Positions 1 to 11,288 are shown, counted from the stretch's first letter. The stretch is 64,000 nt of DNA from Gemmatimonadaceae bacterium (GCA_051859245.1 JBHYGA010000001.1:1533722-1597721); one strand, 5' to 3'. Notes: generated by a model not told the origin, from the letters alone. Program-made: numbers and translations.

Positions 1-19
1 TGAATCCCGTTTGCGGGGC

Positions 20-130
20 TTCTCAACGCCTGCGAACAGCTCCGGAACGCCTTCGAATTTCTACGGTGGTCGGCCGGTTGCGGCCACCGAAATTCGCCCG
101 TACGTTCCGGTGTGCTTAATAGGTTGCGCG
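20..130 (+). ncRNA. ssrS: Putative 6S RNA (ssrS-like), ends uncertain and possibly cut by the window edge
   Basis: Long irregular hairpin: CCGGAACG 42-49 pairs with 103-110, CGAATTTC 54-61 with 89-96, GGTGGTCG 65-72 with 81-88. A central bubble is closed by CAAC..CT/AGGTTG. It lies directly upstream of rny, a common 6S neighbourhood. Confidence 0.45.
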
Positions 131-195
131 CCGCTCGGTGTGCAGCGCGACCTCGACTTCGAATCCGCGAGTGATCGTGGTGGAGTGATAGATCA

Positions 196-1782
196 ATGGA
201 AGGACTTCCGATCACCGCGCTGGTAGGCGCGTTCGGCGCGATTGCGGCGGCCCTGGCGTTTGTATTCGGACGTCGTGCGGGAGCGGCGGCGGAGCGCGAA
301 CAGCAAGTACGCTCCAAGACAACCGCCGAAGACACCGCGAACCGCTTGCTGGATGAGGCCAAGCGCGAAGCGGAGACCATCCGCAAAGGCGCGGTGGTGG
401 CAGGAAAGGAGGAGCTGATTCAACTTCGGGAAGAGTTCGAAGTTGAAGTGCGCCGCCGACGTGGCGAAGTAGAGCGTGATGAACGCCGCATTCAGGATCG
501 CGAGGATCAGCTCGAGCGACGTGTTGAAGGACTCGACGGTCGTGATCGTGAACTAAAGTCGCGTGTTGCGGTCCTCGACACACGCGACGCCGCGATTGCG
601 GAGCGCGAGCAGGAAGCGAATCGGTTAGTGGGCGAACAGCAGCGCCGTCTTGAACAGCTCGCTGGTTTGTCGGCTGCTGACGCGAAAGCCGAAATCGTGC
701 GTCGCCTGGAAGATCAGGCGATGGCCGATGCGGCCAGTCGACTACGTGAAATCCGTGATTCCGCCAAACGGAATGCGGATCGTGAAGCGCGAAAGATTGT
801 CGCGCTCGCCGTACAGCGCGTGGCCGCCGAGACGACTGCCGAAACAACAGTGAGCGCTGTTGCGCTTCCGAACGACGAGATGAAAGGTCGCATCATTGGG
901 CGCGAAGGGCGCAACATTCGTGCGTTCGAGCTCGCGACCGGTGTTGATGTCATTATTGACGACACGCCGGATACCGTGGTGGTCTCGTGCTTTGATCCCG
1001 TGCGCCGCGAAACGGCGCGGTTGGCGCTCGAGAAACTGGTGAGCGACGGGCGGATTCACCCGGGGCGCATTGAAGAGGTGGTCGCGAAAGCGCGACTTGA
1101 AGTGGACGCGGCGATTGTGGAAACCGGCGAACAGGCGGCGTACGAAGTGGGAGTGGCCGGATTGCATCCGGAGCTCGTTCGCCTGATCGGGCGTATGCGC
1201 TGGCGCACGAGTTACGGCCAGAACATTCTCGCGCACAGCAAGGAAGTGGCATGGCTGGCCGGCATGATGGCCGCCGAGCTTGGTCTCGATGTGGCCACGG
1301 CCAAACGCGGTGCGCTGCTGCATGATGTGGGCAAGGTGCTCACACACGAGCACGAAGGCACGCATGTGCAGCTCGGTGTGGAAGTCGCCACCAAGTACGG
1401 CGAAAATCCGATCGTGGTGAACTGCATTGCCGCGCATCACGATGATGTGCCACACGAAAGCGAAGTGTCGGTGCTGGTGCAGGCCGCGGACTCAATCAGC
1501 GGGTCGCGCCCGGGGGCGCGTCGCGAGGCCTTTGAGACGTACGTGAAACGTCTGGAAGGACTGGAAAAGATTGCGTCGAGTTACCGAGGAGTCGAACGCG
1601 TTTTCGCAATTCAGGCGGGGCGCGAAGTTCGCGTGGTCGTCACCCCCGATCAGGTGGACGACGTACGCGCTTCGGCACTGTCGGAAGAGATTGCGCGTCG
1701 CATTGAATCCGAGCTGCAGTATCCTGGGCAGATCAAAGTGGTTGTCATTCGAGAGACACGGTCGGTGGATTTTGCTCGCTGA
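196..1782 (+). CDS. rny: Ribonuclease Y
   Basis: N-terminal TM helix, coiled coil, KH motif ([13 protein letters not shown]) and HD domain (LLHDVGK). Confidence 0.97.
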   Translation: MEGLPITALVGAFGAIAAALAFVFGRRAGAAAEREQQVRSKTTAEDTANRLLDEAKREAETIRKGAVVAGKEELIQLREEFEVEVRRRRGEVERDERRIQDREDQLERRVEGLDGRDRELKSRVAVLDTRDAAIAEREQEANRLVGEQQRRLEQLAGLSAADAKAEIVRRLEDQAMADAASRLREIRDSAKRNADREARKIVALAVQRVAAETTAETTVSAVALPNDEMKGRIIGREGRNIRAFELATGVDVIIDDTPDTVVVSCFDPVRRETARLALEKLVSDGRIHPGRIEEVVAKARLEVDAAIVETGEQAAYEVGVAGLHPELVRLIGRMRWRTSYGQNILAHSKEVAWLAGMMAAELGLDVATAKRGALLHDVGKVLTHEHEGTHVQLGVEVATKYGENPIVVNCIAAHHDDVPHESEVSVLVQAADSISGSRPGARREAFETYVKRLEGLEKIASSYRGVERVFAIQAGREVRVVVTPDQVDDVRASALSEEIARRIESELQYPGQIKVVVIRETRSVDFAR

Positions 1783-2674
1783 ACGCATCGATGGCGTGGC
1801 GTTAGCTGCGCAAATTCGCGAAGAAGTCGCACGCGATGTTGCCGCGCTGAGCGCGCGCGGCGTTGTGCCGGGCCTGAGCGTCGTGCTTGTTGGCGACGAC
1901 GCGGCGAGCGCCGTATACGTGTCCAACAAGGAGAAGGCCTCCAAGGCGTGCGGCATGCGCGGTGAAACGATCCGTTTGCCGGCCAGCACGTCGCAGAGTG
2001 AACTGCTGGCGCTTGTTGAGCGATTGAATGCAGACAGCGCCGTGCACGGCATCCTGGTACAGATGCCGCTGCCTTCAGGCATCGATCCCGATGTGGTGAT
2101 TCGTCACATCGCGCCGCACAAGGATGTGGACGGCTTTCATCCGGTGAACGTGGGCAAGATGCTCATCGGGCACACCGACGGCTTCATGCCGTGCACGCCC
2201 GCCGGCGTGATCGAAATGTTGTTGCGTTCCGGCGTGGAAACGCGTGGCGCGGAAGCGGTCATCGTTGGTCGCAGCAACATTGTGGGTAAGCCGATGGCGG
2301 CCATGCTCGTGCAGGCGCGCGCGGGCGGTGACGCAACGGTCACGGTCTGTCACAGTCGATCCCGCGATCTGCACGCGCACACCAGACGCGCCGACATTCT
2401 GATTGTTGCGGCCGGACGTGCGGAGATGATTCGTGGCGAACACATCAAGCCTGGAGCGACGGTGATTGATGTGGGCATGAATCGTGTGGCCGATGCATCG
2501 CGCGCGAGTGGATCGCGATTGTGCGGCGACGTGCACTTTGAGAGTGCGGAGGCGGTCGCTGGCAAGATTACGCCGGTGCCCGGTGGTGTTGGTCCGATGA
2601 CCATTGCGATGCTGCTGCGCAACACTGTGCGCGCTGCCGAGCGTGTGGCCGACTCGCGCGCTGGCAACGCGTAG
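1772..2674 (+). CDS. folD: Methylenetetrahydrofolate dehydrogenase/cyclohydrolase
   Basis: [23 protein letters not shown] and [11 protein letters not shown] motifs. TTG start at 1772 chosen by domain boundary. Confidence 0.95.
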   Translation: MLAERIDGVALAAQIREEVARDVAALSARGVVPGLSVVLVGDDAASAVYVSNKEKASKACGMRGETIRLPASTSQSELLALVERLNADSAVHGILVQMPLPSGIDPDVVIRHIAPHKDVDGFHPVNVGKMLIGHTDGFMPCTPAGVIEMLLRSGVETRGAEAVIVGRSNIVGKPMAAMLVQARAGGDATVTVCHSRSRDLHAHTRRADILIVAAGRAEMIRGEHIKPGATVIDVGMNRVADASRASGSRLCGDVHFESAEAVAGKITPVPGGVGPMTIAMLLRNTVRAAERVADSRAGNA

Positions 2675-3954
2675 TGCCTCGCTCTTCCGCTCGCGATGAA
2701 CTCGGCGGCGCGTTCGATGACGACGTGATGTTTGACACCTCGTCGAATGCGGCGTTCGTGGACATGACGCCGGGCGCGTCTCCCGAATCACCACTCGCGG
2801 TACATGATCTGACGTCCGCGGCAAAAGATCTTGTGGAGGGCGCGTTTCCGCCGCTCTGGGTGCGCGGAGAAGTGAGCGACTTCAAAGCCCACCGGAATGG
2901 GCACTGGTACTTCGCGTTGCGTGATGCGCAGGCGCAGGTGCGCTGCGTGGTGTGGTCGTCGCAAGCGAAGCGTTTGCCGGCGCCGCCCGATGATGGCATG
3001 CAGGTTGTTGCGCTCGGCCAAATGACCGTGTGGCCGGTACGTGGCGATCTGCAGTTTTCGGTGCGCACGCTGGAAGCCGACGGTGAAGGACTGTGGCGCA
3101 AAGCGCTTGAACAAACACGTCTTCGACTGGAAGCAGACGGTTTGCTCGATCCGTCACGCAAACGTGCGTTGCCGGCAGCACCGCGCACGATCGCGGTGAT
3201 CACGAGTGCTGATGGCGCGGCGCTGCATGACATCATCACCGTGGCGCGCCGTCGGTCACCGGCGGTGAACATTGTGGTGGTGCCCGCAAAAGTGCAGGGT
3301 GAAGGTGCGCCAGAATCACTCGTGGCTGCGCTCGACCGTGTGGCGCGTTGGGGCGCGTGTGATTTGGTGATCATCGGACGTGGTGGCGGATCACGCGAAG
3401 ATTTGTGGGCGTTCAACGACGAGCGTGTGGCCCGCGCGCTTGCGCAGTGTCCGGTGCCAACCATTTCAGCTGTCGGCCACGAAACCGACATCTCGATTTG
3501 CGATCTGGTGGCGGATCTTCGCGCGGCCACACCGAGTGCGGCGGCTGAGGCCGCGGTCCCGTCAATAATGGATCAGCGGGCCCGGTTGCGAGCCCTCGGA
3601 CGGCAGCTCGCGGCCACCGCACAACGTCGTCAGCAGCGCGTGACAGCCCGCCTTGAGGCCACCCAGCGGCGGATGGTCAACGCCGCCCAGCGGGTGACAG
3701 AGCGACGTCAGTCGCGGTTGTCCAACGGGGCTGCCAGACTTGAGTCCCTGAGCCCATTGGCCACGCTGGCCCGGGGATTTGCGGTAGCGCGTACGCCTGA
3801 GGGCGCTACTTTGTCGGAGGTAGGGGCGTTTGCGGCGGGAGCACGGTTTGAGTTGTGGGTGCGCGACGGCGTGGTTGACGCCGAGGCCATCGGCACTCGC
3901 CCGCGACCGGGCACGTCCGAGACTGGGTTGGCATCTGAGGGGGACCGCGCGTGA
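2674..3954 (+). CDS. xseA: Exodeoxyribonuclease VII large subunit
   Basis: WVRGEVS..GHWYF OB fold, RGGGSREDLWAFN, SAVGHETD and ATPSAAAE motifs. True start may be ATG 2728 or 2764. Confidence 0.95.
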   Translation: MPRSSARDELGGAFDDDVMFDTSSNAAFVDMTPGASPESPLAVHDLTSAAKDLVEGAFPPLWVRGEVSDFKAHRNGHWYFALRDAQAQVRCVVWSSQAKRLPAPPDDGMQVVALGQMTVWPVRGDLQFSVRTLEADGEGLWRKALEQTRLRLEADGLLDPSRKRALPAAPRTIAVITSADGAALHDIITVARRRSPAVNIVVVPAKVQGEGAPESLVAALDRVARWGACDLVIIGRGGGSREDLWAFNDERVARALAQCPVPTISAVGHETDISICDLVADLRAATPSAAAEAAVPSIMDQRARLRALGRQLAATAQRRQQRVTARLEATQRRMVNAAQRVTERRQSRLSNGAARLESLSPLATLARGFAVARTPEGATLSEVGAFAAGARFELWVRDGVVDAEAIGTRPRPGTSETGLASEGDRA

Positions 3955-4163
3955 GCTTCGAAGAAGACGTTGGACGGTTGGAGGCCATCGTGCGCGATCT
4001 TGAGCGTGACGATCTCGATCTCGATCGCGCGCTGCGTTTGTTCGAGGAAGGGATCGCGCGACTGCGCACCGCGTCGGCCGCGCTCGCTGAAGCGAACGGC
4101 CGTGTGCAGGAGTTGGTGATCGCCGCCGACGGGACTTTCGCGCTTGAGTCCAGTGACAACTGA
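3951..4163 (+). CDS. xseB: Exodeoxyribonuclease VII small subunit
   Basis: SFEE..RLEAIV..LE..DLDLD.AL.LFEEG pattern; GTGA overlap with xseA. Confidence 0.93.
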   Translation: MSFEEDVGRLEAIVRDLERDDLDLDRALRLFEEGIARLRTASAALAEANGRVQELVIAADGTFALESSDN

Positions 4164-5097
4164 CGCGCCCACGCGGCCGCCCGTGCGGCCCAGCATGCCC
4201 ACGCCAATGCCGTCCGCCAATCGGTTCGTTGGCGACCGGCTCGCCGTGCAGCGTTCGCTTGACGCGTTTTGCGCGCGTTGGCTCACGAGCGTTGCGCCGT
4301 TAACCGCCGAGGCCATTCGGTACGCGTTGCTCGGTGAAGGCAAACGTCTGCGCGCGATTCTGCTGCTCGAGGCGAGCCGAGCGTGTGGTGGTCCGAGCGA
4401 CGCGTATGATCTCGCGGCCGCTGTTGAGGTGGTGCACGCGTATTCGCTTGTGCACGATGATCTGCCGTGTATGGACGACGACGATGTGCGCCGCGGACGC
4501 CCAACGGTGCATCGCGCGTACGGTGTGTCGGTGGCGACGGCGGCGGGGTTGGCCATGGTGCCGCTGGCGGCCAAGTGCGCGTACCGTTCAGCACGCGATC
4601 TTGGGCTCAGCGAGAGTGAGTCGGGTGAGGTGGTGCGTACACTGATGGTGGCATCGGGTGGCGGCGGCATGATTGGCGGGCAGCTGCTGGATCTTGAAGC
4701 CGAAGGTGTGGCGCTGTCGCTTGACGCCATGGAGCGTGTGCACCGGTTGAAAACCGGGGCATTGATTGCCGCTTCGGTGACGCTCGGCGCGCAGGCCGCG
4801 CGCGCCAGTGAGCAGCGTCGCCATGCGCTGGCGCACTACGGCGCGGCGATCGGTCTCGCATTCCAGATTGCCGACGACGTGCTCGACGTCACGGCGACAA
4901 CAGACGAACTCGGCAAAACCGCTGGTCGCGACCTCGCCCTCGCCAAGAGCACCTACCCGGCGCTGTTGGGCGTGGAGGGAGCTATCGAGCGGGCTACCGC
5001 GTTGATAGATGAAGCGTGTTCGACACTCGCGGCGGAGGGGTTACTCACACCCACGCTCGAGCAGCTCGCCCGATATATCGTCGAGCGGCGCAACTGA
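4144..5097 (+). CDS. ispA: Geranyltranstransferase / polyprenyl diphosphate synthase
   Basis: GKRLR, first Asp-rich motif HDDLPCMDDDDVRRG, second motif FQIADDVLD, KSTYP. Start uncertain. Confidence 0.93.
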   Translation: MSPVTTDAPTRPPVRPSMPTPMPSANRFVGDRLAVQRSLDAFCARWLTSVAPLTAEAIRYALLGEGKRLRAILLLEASRACGGPSDAYDLAAAVEVVHAYSLVHDDLPCMDDDDVRRGRPTVHRAYGVSVATAAGLAMVPLAAKCAYRSARDLGLSESESGEVVRTLMVASGGGGMIGGQLLDLEAEGVALSLDAMERVHRLKTGALIAASVTLGAQAARASEQRRHALAHYGAAIGLAFQIADDVLDVTATTDELGKTAGRDLALAKSTYPALLGVEGAIERATALIDEACSTLAAEGLLTPTLEQLARYIVERRN

Positions 5098-5140
5098 CGG
5101 TCCTGTCCGGCCATCACGCGTCCCGACTACCCTTTTCCGA

Positions 5141-7039
5141 ATGACCATGGCTCTCCTCGATCGCATCAAGTCACCAGCGGATCTGCGCTCTCTTTCACGC
5201 GATGAGCTGCGCACTGTGGCGTCCGAAATGCGCGCCCGACTGATTGACGTCTGCTCGCACACCGGCGGACACATCGGCGCGGGTTTGGGTGTTGTTGAAC
5301 TCACCATTGCGCTGCATACGGTACTCGACACGCCCACCGATCAACTCGTCTGGGACGTCGGGCATCAGGGCTATCCGCATAAGCTGCTCACGGGCCGCAA
5401 CGATCGGCTGGAAACGCTGCGTCAGGAAAATGGCCTGAGCGGCTTTCTCAAGCGCAGCGAAAGCGAGTACGACACGTTCGGTGCCGGTCATGCGGCCACG
5501 GCGATCTCGGCGGCCGTTGGTATGGCCGCGGGTCGCGACATCAAGGGCGAAACGTTCAAAGTGGCCGCAATCCTCGGCGATGGTTCGTTGGGCTGCGGCT
5601 TGTCGTACGAAGGGTTGAACAACGCCGGGCACTCGGAGCGAGATCTGATCGTGGTGCTCAACGACAACGAAATGTCGATCGCACCGAATGTTGGTGCGAT
5701 GCACAAGTATTTGTTGTCCGTGCAGCGCAATCCGCTCTACAATCGCGTGCGTTCAAAGATCGGCGACATCGTGGATTCTGCGCCGGGACCGCTTGCCGGC
5801 CTGAGCACGCTGGTGCGCAAGTGGGAAGAGAGCATGAAGTCGTTCCTCACACCTGGCGTGCTGTTCGAAGAGCTTGGCTTCCGTTACTTCGGTCCGGTCG
5901 ATGGACACGACATGGACGCGCTCATCGAAACACTGAGCGCCGTGCGTGACTTCAAGGGTCCGCGTCTCGTGCACGTGATCACCCAGAAGGGCAAAGGATT
6001 TCCCGCCGGCGAAAATGGCGAGAAGTGGCACGCGTTGCCGCCCGGTCACGATCCGAGCACGGGCAAGCAGCGCGCCGTTGCCGTGGCCGGTAACCCGAAC
6101 TGGACGGCCGTGTTTGGCAAAGGCCTCGTTGAACTCGGTGAAGAGAAGCAGCGCATGGCCGTGATCACCGCTGCCATGCCGAGCGGAACCGGCACGGGTG
6201 CATTCGGCAAAACGTATCCGGCGCGTTTCTTCGACGTCGGAATTGCCGAGGGACACGCCGTCACGTTCGCGGCGGGACTCGCCACGCAGGATATCAAGCC
6301 GGTCGTCGCGATCTACTCCACGTTCTTGCAGCGTGGTTACGACAACATTGTGCACGATGTGGCGATTCAGCATTTGCCGGTCACCTTCTGCATGGATCGT
6401 GCGGGTCTGGTTGGTGAAGACGGCGAAACACATGCGGGCTTGTATGACATTGCGTACATGCTGGCGGTGCCTGGCATGACAGTCACCGCGCCGTCCACCG
6501 GCACGGAAATGCTGGGCCTGCTGCGTGCCGGTATTGAGCACAACGGTCCGTTCTGCTTGCGCTATCCGCGCGATACATCGCCTGATGTACCGGCTGCGAT
6601 GCGTGACATTGCAGCAGTGCCGTACGCCACGTGGGAAGTACCACGCAAAGGACGGGACTTCGCAATCCTCGCCGTGGGCACCATGGTGAATCAAGCGTTG
6701 GCGGCCGCCGAACAGCTGGCCGCAGACGGCCTTGATATCACGGTTGTGAATTGCCGCTACCTCAAGCCGTACGACGAAGTCACGCTGAACGCGATTCTCT
6801 CGGATCACACGCAGGTGCTGACGCTGGAAGAGGGCACCGTGATCAACGGGTTCGGTGCGTTCATGAGCGCCACGATTGGTCGCCTTGCACCAAACGTGCG
6901 TGTGTCGGTGCACGGTGTGCCGGATCGCATTGTGTACGCGGCGTCGCGTGCACGTCAGTTGGCGCAGTGCGGGCTCGACGTGCAGGGCATCATGGATCGC
7001 GTTCGCGCGCTGCACGAATCCGAAGCCGTCGCCGGCTGA
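5141..7039 (+). CDS. dxs: 1-deoxy-D-xylulose-5-phosphate synthase
   Basis: WDVGHQGYPHK, TPP-binding GDG..NDN, DVGIAEGHAV and DRAGLVGEDG motifs. ATG at 5141 or 5147. Confidence 0.96.
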   Translation: MTMALLDRIKSPADLRSLSRDELRTVASEMRARLIDVCSHTGGHIGAGLGVVELTIALHTVLDTPTDQLVWDVGHQGYPHKLLTGRNDRLETLRQENGLSGFLKRSESEYDTFGAGHAATAISAAVGMAAGRDIKGETFKVAAILGDGSLGCGLSYEGLNNAGHSERDLIVVLNDNEMSIAPNVGAMHKYLLSVQRNPLYNRVRSKIGDIVDSAPGPLAGLSTLVRKWEESMKSFLTPGVLFEELGFRYFGPVDGHDMDALIETLSAVRDFKGPRLVHVITQKGKGFPAGENGEKWHALPPGHDPSTGKQRAVAVAGNPNWTAVFGKGLVELGEEKQRMAVITAAMPSGTGTGAFGKTYPARFFDVGIAEGHAVTFAAGLATQDIKPVVAIYSTFLQRGYDNIVHDVAIQHLPVTFCMDRAGLVGEDGETHAGLYDIAYMLAVPGMTVTAPSTGTEMLGLLRAGIEHNGPFCLRYPRDTSPDVPAAMRDIAAVPYATWEVPRKGRDFAILAVGTMVNQALAAAEQLAADGLDITVVNCRYLKPYDEVTLNAILSDHTQVLTLEEGTVINGFGAFMSATIGRLAPNVRVSVHGVPDRIVYAASRARQLAQCGLDVQGIMDRVRALHESEAVAG

Positions 7040-7914
7040 TGCGCGTCGGCGTCATTGGTCATCGTGGATACGCCGGCCTTCCCGGCGTGCTCGGGTCGCT
7101 GCTGGATCTGGCGCCTGTGCTTGGCGTGACGCTCGCGTTTGAAGAAGAACTCTACGAAATCGCCGAGCAGGGCGAAGCGCTCGAGGGACCGGAATCGTTG
7201 GACCTGTTGCTCACGCTTGGTGGTGATGGCACACTGCTTCGCGGTGCGCGGTATCTCGCGGGCCGTGACATCCCGATTCTCGGGGTGAATCTCGGACGTC
7301 TCGGATTTCTCACATCGTGCGGCGGCGATGAGTTTGACGATGCGTTGCGTCGTTGGGCGCGCGGTGAGTACATGGCCGAGCAACGCATGACGCTGGATGC
7401 AAAGGCATTTGGTTTAAACGGCGAACCGCGCGGACACTGGCGCTGCCTGAACGATGTGGTGTTGCACAAAGGCGGATTCGCGCGCGTAGTGCGGTTCGGT
7501 GTGCATGTGGACGGCGAACCTATTGGTGCACTCGGCGCAGACGGCGTGGTCATTTCCACGCCCACCGGCTCCACTGGCTATAGCCTGTCGGCGGGCGGTC
7601 CAGTTGTGGTGCCAACCGTTGAATCGATTATCGTGACACCGGTCTCGCCGCACACGCTGGCGATGCGTCCGCTCGTGTTGCCGCCCGACGTCGAAGTGAA
7701 GGTGCAAGCGGAAGATGGCCCGGAAGGACTTTTGGTGACGGTCGATGGACAAGTCGGTACTACCTTCACGGCTGGTGAAACGTTGATCATTCGCCGAGCC
7801 TCAACACCGGTCCGCATTGTCCGCTTCCCTGGCACCTCGTTCTTCGTCCGCCTCCGTCACAAGCTTGGCTGGGGTGGGCTCAGCGAGCGCGACGGCATTA
7901 TCGCGCCGGTCTGA
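7039..7914 (+). CDS. nadK: NAD kinase
   Basis: LGGDGT, NLGRLGFL, ND and TPTGSTGYSLSAGG motifs; TGATG overlap with dxs. Confidence 0.95.
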   Translation: MRVGVIGHRGYAGLPGVLGSLLDLAPVLGVTLAFEEELYEIAEQGEALEGPESLDLLLTLGGDGTLLRGARYLAGRDIPILGVNLGRLGFLTSCGGDEFDDALRRWARGEYMAEQRMTLDAKAFGLNGEPRGHWRCLNDVVLHKGGFARVVRFGVHVDGEPIGALGADGVVISTPTGSTGYSLSAGGPVVVPTVESIIVTPVSPHTLAMRPLVLPPDVEVKVQAEDGPEGLLVTVDGQVGTTFTAGETLIIRRASTPVRIVRFPGTSFFVRLRHKLGWGGLSERDGIIAPV

Positions 7915-7927
7915 CGGTTCGGGCGGC

Positions 7928-9673
7928 GTGCTCCTCGAGCTTCGCCTGCGCAATGTGGCCGTAATTGAATCGGTCACGTTGCCACTCACTGCAGGGCTCA
8001 ATGTGCTCACTGGTGAGACGGGCGCGGGAAAGTCACTGATCGTTGGCGCATTGGGGCTGCTGCTCGGCGAGCGAGCCGCGCCTGATCGCATTCGTGCGGG
8101 TGCGGATCGCGCCGTTGTGGAGGCCACGTTCGATGCGGGCACGCGCCATGATTTGCGCGAGTGGCTCGACGCGCGCGGTGTCGAGTGTGAAGACGATGTG
8201 CTCATTCTCAAACGCGAGGTGTCAGCGGCCGGGCGCTCGCGCGCGTGGGTGAACGGCTCGCCGGTCACGATTGCGGTGCTGCGTGAACTTGGTGCGCAAC
8301 TCGTGGCGGTGCACGGCCAGCACGAAGCACAACAGCTGCTTGATCCGGCGGCGCAGCGCGCGTTGCTTGACGCGTACGCCGGCGCAGAAGACGATGCGGC
8401 AATGGTGGCGCAGGCGCACACGCGTGTGTTGCAGGCCAAGGCCGCGTTAAACGAGCTGGAGAGCAAGCGCGCCAACGCAGCACAGCGCGCCGACTACCTG
8501 CGCTTTCTCGTGCAGGAAATCGACGCGGCTAATCTTCGGGACGGCGACGATGAGCGTGTCGAAGTCGAGCATCGTCGGCTCGCCAACGCGGAGGAGCTGC
8601 GTGCGCTCGCGGCCGGCGCGTCGCAGCGACTGCAGGACGCAGAAGATTCCGTTACGGAACACCTCGGCGCGGTGCGTCGTCAGTTGGCCGCATTGCAGCG
8701 AATCGACCCGTCGCTTGATCGCCTCTCCGCTGTTTTTGATTCGGCCTTCTTTGCGGCGGAAGAGCTGGCGCGCGAGCTCGCGGAATACGCCGATGGTATC
8801 GACGCTGATCCGGCGCGTCTGCGTGAGCTCGATGCGCGACGAGCGGTGATTCATCAACTGTTACGCAAGTACGGACCGTCGCTGCAGGATGTCATGCAGG
8901 CCGCGGCTACCGCTCGTGAAGAGCTCGCACTGGTTGATGACGCGGAGTCTGCGCACAACACGCTGCAAGTGGCGCTCGAGCGCGCGCTTGCGGATCGGTC
9001 GCACGCCGCAGCGGCACTGTCGGCCAAACGCACAGCGGGTTCGTCGCAACTGGCCGCGGCGGTCACCGCGCTGCTCCCCGAACTCGGCATGACGAGTGGC
9101 ACGTTTGATGTGCGTTTGTCAGCACTGAGTGAGCCGGGCGCCAACGGCAACGAATCGGTGTTGTTTGTGGCGTCGTTGAACGCCGGACTTGTGGCGGGGC
9201 CGCTTGACCGTGTCGCGTCTGGTGGAGAGCTGGCGCGTGTCATGCTCGCGCTCAGCACGGTGTTAGCGCGCCTGCAACGCGTACCAACGTTGGTGTTCGA
9301 TGAAGTGGACGCCGGTGTGGGCGGTACCGTCGCGTGGCAGGTTGGTGCACTCATGCGTGGCGTGGCGGCACATCACCAGGTGCTGGCCATTTCGCATCTC
9401 GCGCAAATCGCCGCCTGCGCGCATCATCACGTGGTCGTGCGCAAAGACACCAATGCAGCGGGAGCGGAAGGCCTTACCACCGCTGACACACAGGTGGTGG
9501 TGGACGAAGCGCGTGTGCTCGAACTCGCGCGCATGCTCAGTGGCGATGCCGACCGCGAGGTCAGCCGCGCCCACGCGCGCGAGCTGCTCACGCGTGGGCA
9601 ATCCGTTACTAGCGTTTCGGAAACCCGCGGAAAATCCGCAACTCGAGGCGGTCGCGCGCGAGCGAAGGGATAG
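7928..9673 (+). CDS. recN: DNA repair protein RecN
   Basis: Walker A TGETGAGKS, HGQHE, signature SGGELAR and Walker B FDEVDAG. GTG start at 7928. Confidence 0.96.
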   Translation: MLLELRLRNVAVIESVTLPLTAGLNVLTGETGAGKSLIVGALGLLLGERAAPDRIRAGADRAVVEATFDAGTRHDLREWLDARGVECEDDVLILKREVSAAGRSRAWVNGSPVTIAVLRELGAQLVAVHGQHEAQQLLDPAAQRALLDAYAGAEDDAAMVAQAHTRVLQAKAALNELESKRANAAQRADYLRFLVQEIDAANLRDGDDERVEVEHRRLANAEELRALAAGASQRLQDAEDSVTEHLGAVRRQLAALQRIDPSLDRLSAVFDSAFFAAEELARELAEYADGIDADPARLRELDARRAVIHQLLRKYGPSLQDVMQAAATAREELALVDDAESAHNTLQVALERALADRSHAAAALSAKRTAGSSQLAAAVTALLPELGMTSGTFDVRLSALSEPGANGNESVLFVASLNAGLVAGPLDRVASGGELARVMLALSTVLARLQRVPTLVFDEVDAGVGGTVAWQVGALMRGVAAHHQVLAISHLAQIAACAHHHVVVRKDTNAAGAEGLTTADTQVVVDEARVLELARMLSGDADREVSRAHARELLTRGQSVTSVSETRGKSATRGGRARAKG

Positions 9674-11288
9674 GCGACTCACTCGCCGACAAGGCGACTT
9701 CGTGCGCGAACAATACTTCCAGCGCGAACTTGGACTGCCCGCGCGCGAAGGCGGCCAGGGTGGAATACGTAAATCCGATCGCGCCGAACTGCGCCGAGCC
9801 CGAACCCGTCTCAAACGCGTCGCCATCAACCGGCTCGTAGCGATCCGCACCGAACGAGCGATACAGCCACGTCGCCGACACACCAAATTTGTCGCTCAGA
9901 TTCAGACGCGGCGCCACCTCAAGATCGACGCGCTGTCCCAGTGTGCGTGACACCGCCTGCGGTGTGCTCAGAAAGAAAAACTCTGGTAAACCTGCGCCCG
10001 GCACTCGCACCACCGCATTGTCCGCCAGCGGCGTGGTGCTACGAACGGTGGCTGAGACCCACGCACGATTTCTCCACACCAGATCGGTCGTGGCGCGCAG
10101 CAGCAACGCATTTACACCATCACCGGTGGCCAGTGCGAAGGCTTCGTTCGCTTGCGCGCTGCTGGCCGTACCAAAGCGCCAGCCGGCCGAGCCCAGTACA
10201 CGGATGCCCGAGCGTCGTGTTGAAAGGCGCGCCGCCTGATCGCCTTTCCACGTGTCGTACAGCAACACGCGTGCTTCAACGTCAACGTCGCCCATGCCGG
10301 CGCGGAAGGCGGCGGCCAACGTGTCCGCTTCCACGCCGAATGCCGGGTCCTGCGCGATCCGCTGCAATCCGTTGGTGCCGTACACGAGCACGGCACCGCT
10401 CGGGCCGATCGGCGGCAGCGTGGTCGTGCTCAGGAACCGTGTGAATCCTTCGCGAATGTCATCGAGTGATTCAGCCACTGCATTGTGCACCGCGCCGCCC
10501 TGCACAGGCACGAGCGGCGAACCAACGTCCTGATCATTGCCGTAGACAGCGCCCCACGCCGCACGAAATGATGCGACCCGTGCGGCGAGCGCCTGCGCAG
10601 CGGCGGGATCGGCGCGAATAGCGTCACACTCTGCGCCCGCCGTGGAGGCGGCGCAGCTCGAAATCAGGTCGAGCAGTCGCGTGCGTTCGTTGCCGAGTTG
10701 TACAAAGATGCTGCTGTTGGCCGTGTACACAGACGGGGACAGAATGCCGGGATTCTGACCGACGTTCGCGCCTGTGCCATTCCGGTTCAGCACCAGATTC
10801 GCGTTGTGCGTGACTTCCACATACGGGACGCGCACACCAACGCTGATACGCCGCGTAACGCCGAAGTCGGCCTGCAGCGTGGTCGTAGTGCGACGCACGG
10901 CGCCACTGGCTTCGAGTGCTCCCAGTGACAGATCGAAGGTGGGCAGTCCGGACAGCGCGCGAATGCCGTTCTGCGCGGGGGCCAGCGACGGCAACTGATT
11001 CACACCGAGGGACGAGGTCGCGAGCCCGTCCAGCAGCGGCGACCTCGTGCCGTCCGGGAAGAGGCGGCGATCCCACTGATCCCAGGAAACGCCAACGTTG
11101 ACGCGCAAGCCGCGGGCTGGAATCGGGATCGCGTCTTCACCAAGGCCGGCCACGGGCTGCGCCGAAAGACGGGGAACCGCCGTCAGCGCGATCACACCAG
11201 CCAGCAACACAGCGGGAATCACCGCACGCGATCGGGCAGCGGCGCGAGTTTCAGGGCGACGAGTCAGAAGAAGTCGGGTTGAGCGCAC
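9609..11288 (-). CDS. Secreted/outer-membrane protein of unknown function (probable beta-barrel with helical insertion)
   Basis: Signal-peptide-like N-terminus (LSA-Q) and alternating amphipathic beta strands with aromatic residues. Its 3' end overlaps recN by 65 nt. Confidence 0.65.
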   Translation of the reverse strand: MRSTRLLLTRRPETRAAARSRAVIPAVLLAGVIALTAVPRLSAQPVAGLGEDAIPIPARGLRVNVGVSWDQWDRRLFPDGTRSPLLDGLATSSLGVNQLPSLAPAQNGIRALSGLPTFDLSLGALEASGAVRRTTTTLQADFGVTRRISVGVRVPYVEVTHNANLVLNRNGTGANVGQNPGILSPSVYTANSSIFVQLGNERTRLLDLISSCAASTAGAECDAIRADPAAAQALAARVASFRAAWGAVYGNDQDVGSPLVPVQGGAVHNAVAESLDDIREGFTRFLSTTTLPPIGPSGAVLVYGTNGLQRIAQDPAFGVEADTLAAAFRAGMGDVDVEARVLLYDTWKGDQAARLSTRRSGIRVLGSAGWRFGTASSAQANEAFALATGDGVNALLLRATTDLVWRNRAWVSATVRSTTPLADNAVVRVPGAGLPEFFFLSTPQAVSRTLGQRVDLEVAPRLNLSDKFGVSATWLYRSFGADRYEPVDGDAFETGSGSAQFGAIGFTYSTLAAFARGQSKFALEVLFAHEVALSASESPIPSLARDRLELRIFRGFPKR

